From: Saprospiraceae bacterium
GTDB taxonomy: Bacteria; Bacteroidota; Bacteroidia; Chitinophagales; Saprospiraceae
DNA: 64,000 nucleotides
Assembly (NCBI GenBank): GCA_019638385.1
Contig: JAHBTW010000013.1
Coordinates: 70,016-134,015 of the forward strand
Direction of reading: 5' to 3'
Part shown: positions 58,423 to 64,000 of the stretch, in pieces
How positions within the stretch are numbered: the stretch's first letter is position 1
How the letters are laid out: each line of letters opens with the position of its first letter
Translations under genes and position numbers: made by a program
Notes under the pieces: generated by a model
Database searches by the model: none
Told to the model about the DNA's origin: nothing
The model's input: only the letters and a program-made list of their open reading frames with translations

Positions 58423-58962
58423 ATGAAACCGTTTCTTGTACACTCCCTGATCGTAGTTTTTGCGCTCCTCAACACTCCCTCATTCGCCGCAGTGGTCTTT
58501 ACGGCCCCGGCAGGCGTAAACCAGGATGATGTTGGGGTAACACACAACACCGGGCTCAGCATTGAGAATTTTTTAAACATGACACCTAAGGCATTTGAAG
58601 AGCACAGCGGCAAAAAAATGTCCTGGGCCAAAAAGCTCGCCTTCAAGATAGTGCAAAAGAAGGTAAAGAAAAAAGCGGCTAAAGGCGAGATTGATCTTGC
58701 CGCTCCATACACCCCCGGCAAAATGAGCCTCTTGTCGCTGATCTTTGGAAGTTTGGGAATGATAACTATTTTTCTACCCGTCGTAGGCTTTTTCCTGAGC
58801 GTCGGTTTTAGTGTGGCAGGTCTCGTGCTGGGCATAGTGGCGATCAAGCGAGAGGGAAGCAATGTGATGAATATCCTCGGCATTGTATTTAGCGCCACCA
58901 CGCTCGTTGTTATTCTCCTGATTTATATTCTCATCCTCCTGATTTTTGCTTCCCTTTTTTAA
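58423..58962 (+). CDS. Small membrane protein, tandem paralog 1 (signal peptide, Lys-rich amphipathic middle, two C-terminal TM helices)
   Basis: Aligns with paralog 2 through LSI.(N/D)FLNMTPK.FEE.SG.KMSW.KKLAFK.VQKK.KKKAAKGE and KREGSNVMNILG. Confidence 0.65.
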   Translation: MKPFLVHSLIVVFALLNTPSFAAVVFTAPAGVNQDDVGVTHNTGLSIENFLNMTPKAFEEHSGKKMSWAKKLAFKIVQKKVKKKAAKGEIDLAAPYTPGKMSLLSLIFGSLGMITIFLPVVGFFLSVGFSVAGLVLGIVAIKREGSNVMNILGIVFSATTLVVILLIYILILLIFASLF

Positions 58963-59079
58963 AATTGGAGAAATCCCTATTATTGCACAGTGGGAGCGGC
59001 CGGAAAATCCCTGAAAAGAGTACGGAGCGGATGCCGAAAAGCTTATAGAGTAGGCGCATACCTATTATCTTTTACCAAC

Positions 59080-59598
59080 ATGAAAAAGCAATTTGTACTT
59101 TCGTTCGCGCTGATTTTCACGCTGTTCAGCCTACAGTCGTTCGGCGCAGTGGTGGTCAACCCGCAAGCTGCCGAAATGCCGGAAGCCGCCGCGAGCGTTC
59201 AGCAACCCGAATTGAGCATCGGCGACTTCCTGAACATGACGCCCAAGCAGTTTGAAGAGCAGAGCGGCCAGAAAATGTCCTGGACCAAAAAACTCGCCTT
59301 CAAAATGGTGCAGAAAAAAATGAAGAAAAAAGCAGCCAAAGGCGAGCTTGAACTGAGTGCTGCCGCAGGAAACACCATGAGCCTGCTCTCTCTGATTCTC
59401 GGCGCCGGCGGCTTTGTGCTTTTGTGGGTCGTCGGCCTTTTGGGGCTCCTCATGGGTATTGCAGGTTTTGTACTGGGCTTGGTGGCCATGAAAAAAGAAG
59501 GAAGCAATGTCATGAACTTGCTCGGCGTCATTTTCGGAGCAGCTACCGTACTAATGCTGATCCTTGCCGTTCTTTTGGTTTCAAGCTGGGCTTGGTAA
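59080..59598 (+). CDS. Small membrane protein, tandem paralog 2
   Basis: Same architecture as paralog 1. ATG 59080 (MKKQFVLSF) is preferred over the upstream GTG. Confidence 0.65.
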   Translation: MKKQFVLSFALIFTLFSLQSFGAVVVNPQAAEMPEAAASVQQPELSIGDFLNMTPKQFEEQSGQKMSWTKKLAFKMVQKKMKKKAAKGELELSAAAGNTMSLLSLILGAGGFVLLWVVGLLGLLMGIAGFVLGLVAMKKEGSNVMNLLGVIFGAATVLMLILAVLLVSSWAW

Positions 59599-59630
59599 AA
59601 AGAACTGACGAAAAGAAACCGCTAAAAAAC

Positions 59631-59659
59631 AAAAGCCATCTCGCAATGAGATGGCTTTT
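59631..59659. terminator. Bidirectional terminator hairpin (AAAAGCCATCTC gcaat GAGATGGCTTTT)
   Basis: Perfect 12-bp stem whose A/T ends provide U-tracts in both directions. It lies between convergent genes. Confidence 0.7.
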
Positions 59660-59716
59660 GAATTTATATCAGGACGTACGGCGAAGAGTGCGCCCAACCT
59701 AAAAAATCATCAGATT

Positions 59717-60193
59717 TTAGAAGCCTGCTTCCGGGCGGCGTTTAGCAGAGTAGTTTACTTTGAGTTGCCCTGCTTTGCGCAGTTCAGTCTTTACATCCGC
59801 TACGACCCCCATGGTCACGTTGCCGTCCACCCGGAGAGAGGCTGTGATTTGCGAACGGCGATTCTCCGGCACCTTCACCCGGAAGGTTTCGAGAAAAAAG
59901 CGGATTTCACGAGGATCGGCAAACTTATCACCCAATTGTATGCGCGGTTTGGTGCCGTAAATGGAGATGTACTTCTCCATAGGCCGCCCGATATAAATTG
60001 TACTGACCAAAGACTTCTCCTCCAGTTTAGTCAACTCGGAGGCGAAGGGCGTCACTACATTTACTTTGAGTTCCGAATCCCGCATCTTCGTTACCACCAT
60101 AAAAAAGAACAGGAGCATGAAGATGATGTCGGGTAGAGACGCCGTGGAGATGTTCGGATCCGCCTTTCCTCTTTTTTTGCTGAATTTTGACAT
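59717..60193 (-). CDS. exbD: Biopolymer transport protein ExbD/TolR
   Basis: 158 aa with the single TM context LPDIIFMLLFFFMVVT and an ExbD periplasmic domain. Confidence 0.85.
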   Translation of the reverse strand: MSKFSKKRGKADPNISTASLPDIIFMLLFFFMVVTKMRDSELKVNVVTPFASELTKLEEKSLVSTIYIGRPMEKYISIYGTKPRIQLGDKFADPREIRFFLETFRVKVPENRRSQITASLRVDGNVTMGVVADVKTELRKAGQLKVNYSAKRRPEAGF

Positions 60194-60244
60194 ATTCCAG
60201 AAATTTTCTCGGCCTAAGCAAAGATTAAGTAATATGATACGCTT

Positions 60245-60805
60245 TTACTTCTCCTCACCGAACGCGGTGGGTTCTGCTTCCGACAACACCATCGGTATTT
60301 CCGCCTTAATGGCTTTGCGATAAGCCAGCGGTAGTTTGTCCTCGTCGTAGGGAACACCGTACTTCTTGAGGCTGGCATCGTTCCAAAGGTCGTTGTAAGC
60401 GCCTTTAAGCTCGTTGTACACCTCTAAGTAGGTTTTGTAATTGGTTCCCCGGTCGTTTTTCAACGAGATGATGGCCATCGTAGGCTTCTCGGCGTAATCC
60501 GGGCGTCCGTAAGGATTAGAGATAAACTCCTGGGCGTTTTCGCGCAGGTTGCGTATGTCCATCGGCTCGCCTCTCACCAAAAGTTGGTTTTGGGCGTTCA
60601 CCAACACAGAGTACACGTTGCGCGTCTTAAGTTGGGTAATGTCCGGTTCTTCTTCCGACCACGGCGGGAGTTTCACGGTAATCCCCTTGTCTTCTACGAT
60701 TGTGGTCGTCACGAGGAAGAAAATAAGCAGCAGGAAAGCAATGTCGGCCATAGAGCTGGCATTGATTTCATTGTTGCTTCTACTTTTGGATTTTGCCTTT
60801 GCCAT
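60245..60805 (-). CDS. exbD: Biopolymer transport protein ExbD/TolR (second copy)
   Basis: Contains INASSMADIAFLLLIFFLVTT. Start trimmed to ATG 60805. Confidence 0.8.
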   Translation of the reverse strand: MAKAKSKSRSNNEINASSMADIAFLLLIFFLVTTTIVEDKGITVKLPPWSEEEPDITQLKTRNVYSVLVNAQNQLLVRGEPMDIRNLRENAQEFISNPYGRPDYAEKPTMAIISLKNDRGTNYKTYLEVYNELKGAYNDLWNDASLKKYGVPYDEDKLPLAYRKAIKAEIPMVLSEAEPTAFGEEK

Positions 60806-60812
60806 ACCTGGA

Positions 60813-61289
60813 TTATTTAAAGAAGTTCCGTACTTCGGATAGCAAAATAGCCACTCCGGCCACCAAGGACAACACAATAGCCGTTGTGATTCCACCTCCG
60901 ATCAGCTTAAGCCCGTTGGTAGAAATGCCGCCGGCATTTTCAATGGACTTAGCCAAAGGCCCGGTAGCGTCGCCGTTGGCCGTAGCATAAGAGAGAAGGA
61001 AAACAGCTATTAATGCAACAACCCCCAGAATGCCACGCATGGCGGCCTTAGGGTTGGAGGCCATTTGACCGATTCCAAAAAGAACCACTGCGATAACCCC
61101 CAGAATGATAAGGCCCATGGCCGCAAACATTCCGAAGTTGAATATCGAAGTATTGTAGCGCTCCGGGGTATCTCCATACGCTTCAAAGCTGCTCCAGCCC
61201 GCACCCATGATGAGTACGAAGAGTAGCACGATGACGGCGCCGAGAAGGAACCCGAAGGTTTGTCCGTTTCTAGATAATGTTTGGTACAT
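60813..61289 (-). CDS. Four-TM membrane protein embedded in the exbB-exbD cluster
   Basis: 158 aa, hydrophobic. It sits between exbB and exbD with 7-12 nt gaps. Confidence 0.6.
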   Translation of the reverse strand: MYQTLSRNGQTFGFLLGAVIVLLFVLIMGAGWSSFEAYGDTPERYNTSIFNFGMFAAMGLIILGVIAVVLFGIGQMASNPKAAMRGILGVVALIAVFLLSYATANGDATGPLAKSIENAGGISTNGLKLIGGGITTAIVLSLVAGVAILLSEVRNFFK

Positions 61290-61301
61290 TGGTCTTTCAG
61301 A

Positions 61302-62123
61302 TTACTTTTTGAAAATGTTGTTCGCTGCCATGATGTCCACTACAGCGATAGAGGCATCTTCCATTTTGTTGACGATACCGTCAATTTTGGAAACGATGTA
61401 GTTGTAGAACAACTGAAGGATGATAGCAACCACGAGACCGAATACCGTAGTCAAAAGAGCCACTTTGATACCGCCGGCAACGACCGTCGGGGAGATGTCG
61501 CCCACTGCTTCGATTTTATCGAAGGCGCCGATCATACCGATAACCGTACCCATGAACCCGAGCATCGGGGCCAATGCGATGAAGAGCGAAATCCAAACCA
61601 AGCCTTTTTCGAGCAGGCCCATTTGTACGCTGCCGTAAGAAACAATAGCCTTTTCAACGGCTTCGGGGCCGTTTTTGGCATTTTTCAAACCTTCATAAAG
61701 GATGCTGGCGGTAGGGCCTTGCGTAGATTTGCACACCTCCATAGCGCCGTCAACGTTGCCTGATTTCAGGTTTTCGTCAATTCGGGCCAGCAGTTTGTCG
61801 GTATTGGTGGTGGCGATGTTGAGCGTGATGATGCGCTCAATACAGAATGCCAAACCGAGAATAAGGGCGATCAATACCAAACTCATAAAGCCGGGGTCGC
61901 CGTCAATGAAGTACTTTTTGAGCAACTGGAAGCCCTTTACCTCCTGAATGGGAGCAGGTTCTTCCACCGTCGGAGCGGCTTCTTCTTCGGCTTCTTCTGC
62001 TGCCGGTTGAGCGGTTTCTTCGGTAGCAGGTTGTTGGTCTGTGTTTCCATCCTGAGCGTACATCGCATTGGACGCGAAGAGACCCAGACAGAGTACGAGC
62101 AGGAAGGTCAATAATTTGCGCAT
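61302..62123 (-). CDS. exbB: MotA/TolQ/ExbB proton-channel protein
   Basis: Signal peptide plus an acidic periplasmic extension, followed by the ExbB core (LGFMGTVIGMIGAF, TTVFGLVVAI). Confidence 0.85.
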   Translation of the reverse strand: MRKLLTFLLVLCLGLFASNAMYAQDGNTDQQPATEETAQPAAEEAEEEAAPTVEEPAPIQEVKGFQLLKKYFIDGDPGFMSLVLIALILGLAFCIERIITLNIATTNTDKLLARIDENLKSGNVDGAMEVCKSTQGPTASILYEGLKNAKNGPEAVEKAIVSYGSVQMGLLEKGLVWISLFIALAPMLGFMGTVIGMIGAFDKIEAVGDISPTVVAGGIKVALLTTVFGLVVAIILQLFYNYIVSKIDGIVNKMEDASIAVVDIMAANNIFKK

Positions 62124-62186
62124 AGTTGACGTAGTTTTGCCTGAAATTTAAATGATTAAGTTGATTGTTTCGTTTTTTCAAAACAG

Positions 62187-62274
62187 CGGAGAGAGCGGGA
62201 TTCGAACCCGCGATACCCTTTAGGAGTATACACGCTTTCCAGGCGTGCGCCTTCAACCACTCGGCCACCTCTCC
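62187..62274 (-). tRNA. tRNA-Ser (anticodon GGA), 88 nt, long variable arm
   Basis: The reverse complement GGAGAGGTGGCCGAGTGGTTGAAGGCGCACGCCTGGAAAGCGTG...GCGGGTTCGAATCCCGCTCTCTCCG folds as a cloverleaf. Acceptor stem is 7 bp, anticodon loop is CTGGAAA, T-loop is TTCGAAT. No CCA is encoded. Confidence 0.9.
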
Positions 62275-62441
62275 TCTTATCTTCATGCCTGGGAAAATGC
62301 CTTTCCGCTTCACCGCTCTTCGTTCAGAGCCGTCCCAATTCGGAGCAAAAATACTTATTCAATAACATCCTCCAACTTTGGAGAGGCAAAAATTGCAAAA
62401 AGAAATAAGAAAACCTAAAAATTTTCTGCCCGGCAGGCTTT

Positions 62442-63236
62442 TCAACCGAGACTCGGCAAAGAAACAAAGGTTTCGGAAAATAAGTGTCGGGCATTGGCGG
62501 AAGTTTTTTCGCCCACCGCTTCCACCGGCAACCCGGTGAGTTCGGCCAGCCGCTCTGCCACAATGGCCGTATAAGCGCTCTCGTTGCGCTTGCCCCGGTA
62601 GGGATTGGGCGCAAGATAAGGGGCGTCGGTTTCCAATACCACATGTGACAATCCGAATGCAGCTATCACCGGTTCTAATCCGCCGTTCTTATAAGTAAGC
62701 ACTCCGCCGATGCCGAGGTAAAAACCCATTTCGATGATCTGTTCTGCCTGCTCCACCGTACCGTTGAAACAATGGAATACGCCCCGCAGGCGCTCGTCGC
62801 GGGCATTGCGCACCAAGTCTATGGTGATGTCCATAGCCTCGCGGGTATGCAGTACAATGGGCAGCCCTTTTGCTTTGGCCCACTCCATTTGTATGTTGAG
62901 CGCTTCGATTTGCAGCGGCAAGGTGGTTTTGTCCCAATGAAGGTCAATGCCGGCCTCGCCTACGGCAGCGAACGGGCGTCGGTTGAGCCACTCCTCTGCA
63001 ATGGCCAGTTCTTCACGGTAGTTTTCCTTTATATGGCAGGGATGCACCCCCATCATGGCAAAACAATGGTCGGGATGCGCCGATTCCAATGCCAGCATGG
63101 CGTCTATGGAGTTGCTGTCTATATTGGGCAGAAAAAATGCCTGCCCGCCGGCCGCTATGGCGCGTTGAAGCATAGCCTCCCGATCGTGGTCGAACTGCCG
63201 CAAATAAAGATGCGTATGAGTGTCTATGAATTTCAT
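62442..63236 (-). CDS. TatD-family metal-dependent hydrolase
   Basis: Begins MKFIDTHTHLY, with a TIM-barrel His/Glu/Asp pattern (GEAGIDLHW, VLHTREA, VLETDAPYL). Confidence 0.85.
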   Translation of the reverse strand: MKFIDTHTHLYLRQFDHDREAMLQRAIAAGGQAFFLPNIDSNSIDAMLALESAHPDHCFAMMGVHPCHIKENYREELAIAEEWLNRRPFAAVGEAGIDLHWDKTTLPLQIEALNIQMEWAKAKGLPIVLHTREAMDITIDLVRNARDERLRGVFHCFNGTVEQAEQIIEMGFYLGIGGVLTYKNGGLEPVIAAFGLSHVVLETDAPYLAPNPYRGKRNESAYTAIVAERLAELTGLPVEAVGEKTSANARHLFSETFVSLPSLG

Positions 63237-63322
63237 CGGCGGCAAAATTAGCAGATTCCCTCGTTTCCAGTGCGCTCAACTTTAACCTCAATCACTACTT
63301 TTGCCACCCAAGCAATAATCCG

Positions 63323-63958
63323 ATGGCCAAAAAACAGAAATACTATGTGGTGTGGAAAGGCAAGCAACCGGGGGTGTATGCCTCCTGGGCGGACTGCCAG
63401 ACACAGATAGCAGGGTTTCCTAAAGCTTTGTACAAATCATTTGACACGGCGAAGGAAGCGCAGGCGGCCTATCTGAGCGGCCCCGCAGGCCACGTCGGCG
63501 CCAACCCCGCTCCACCCAAAAGCAAAGCCGCTCCAAAAGTATCCAAACAAGAAATCGTGTGGGACAGCATCTCCGTGGACGCAGCCTGTAGCGGCAATCC
63601 CGGCGAAATGGAGTACCAGGGCGTGGATACCCGCACCAAAGCGCAGCTCTTTCACAAAAAATTTCCGCTCGGCACCAATAATATAGGTGAATTTCTCGCC
63701 ATCGTACACGCATTGGCTCTTACCCAAAAACAAGGGCTGAACACACCTATATATACAGACTCCAGAACCGCTATGGGCTGGGTGCGCAAAAAGCAATGCA
63801 AAACCCTGCTCGAACACAATGCCCAAACAAAAGAACTATACGAAGTGATCCGTCGCGCTGAAGCCTGGCTCCAAAAGCATACCTGGAGCAATTCGCTCAT
63901 CAAATGGGAAACGGAGAGCTGGGGCGAAATTCCGGCAGATTTCGGGAGGAAGGGGTGA
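63323..63958 (+). CDS. RNase H1-type ribonuclease H with N-terminal hybrid-binding (RNase H1/viroplasmin-type) domain
   Basis: HBD block YYVVWKGKQPGVYASWADCQTQIAGFPKALYKSFDT, a low-complexity linker, and the RNase H DEDD contexts (SVDAACSGNPG, NNIGEFLAIVHAL, IYTDS). Confidence 0.8.
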   Translation: MAKKQKYYVVWKGKQPGVYASWADCQTQIAGFPKALYKSFDTAKEAQAAYLSGPAGHVGANPAPPKSKAAPKVSKQEIVWDSISVDAACSGNPGEMEYQGVDTRTKAQLFHKKFPLGTNNIGEFLAIVHALALTQKQGLNTPIYTDSRTAMGWVRKKQCKTLLEHNAQTKELYEVIRRAEAWLQKHTWSNSLIKWETESWGEIPADFGRKG

Positions 63959-63970
63959 ACGGTGCGGTAT

Positions 63971-64000
63971 TGTAGAGACGCAATGCATTGCGTCTCTACA
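63971..64000. repeat. Perfect 30-nt palindrome TGTAGAGACGCAATG|CATTGCGTCTCTACA, running to the window edge
   Basis: The reverse complement of 63971-63985 equals 63986-64000 exactly. It lies 12 nt after the RNase H stop. Confidence 0.8.

Noticed and set aside
62165-62365. ORF 62165..62365 (+) and ORF 61903..62313 (-)
   Set aside because: Both overlap the tRNA-Ser gene, and the GFEPA-type peptide is the usual translation of a T-arm. They are not coding.

Overview
The window looks like a chromosomal segment of a fairly GC-rich member of the Bacteroidota. Supporting markers are three cargo proteins with T9SS C-terminal sorting domains, GldH, a DUF5103/T9SS-plug-like protein, an ExbB-ExbD-ExbD cluster, TonB, a TonB-dependent receptor, ribosomal protein THX and TAnnTTTG-type promoter boxes. 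I call about 55 protein genes and one tRNA-Ser(GGA). I found no rRNA, CRISPR array, transposase, integrase or prophage signature.

Most of the content is housekeeping:
- sucB-like E2, membrane pyrophosphatase, HtrA-like protease
- infC-rpmI-rplT, gcvH, dnaJ-grpE, topA
- DsbD-like reductase, TatD, RNase H

I cannot show that a new system is present. The candidates most worth a second look are:
1. A self-contained locus at 11.1-18.4 kb. It has three intact paralogous PAP2/vanadium-haloperoxidase-like lipoproteins plus a MORN-repeat lipoprotein, arranged as two divergent operons, one of which carries its own OmpR-type two-component system.
2. A seven-copy 43-bp tandem array holding 21 CGCAACG-type heptads, located in the gtrA 3' region.
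3. A G12 homopolymer that uncouples the natural ATG and signal peptide from a 975-aa beta-helix T9SS cargo gene. This is either a phase-variation switch or a homopolymer sequencing error. The passenger regions of this gene and the neighbouring cargo gene are strikingly AT-rich.
4. Two tandem small-membrane-protein paralogs whose 38-nt upstream block is better conserved than their coding sequence.
5. Several short genes or relics below the ORF-track cutoff: THX, a Cys/Lys-rich 50-aa ORF, and an out-of-frame TonB C-terminal remnant.

All family assignments come from motif recognition by eye. No database search was run.
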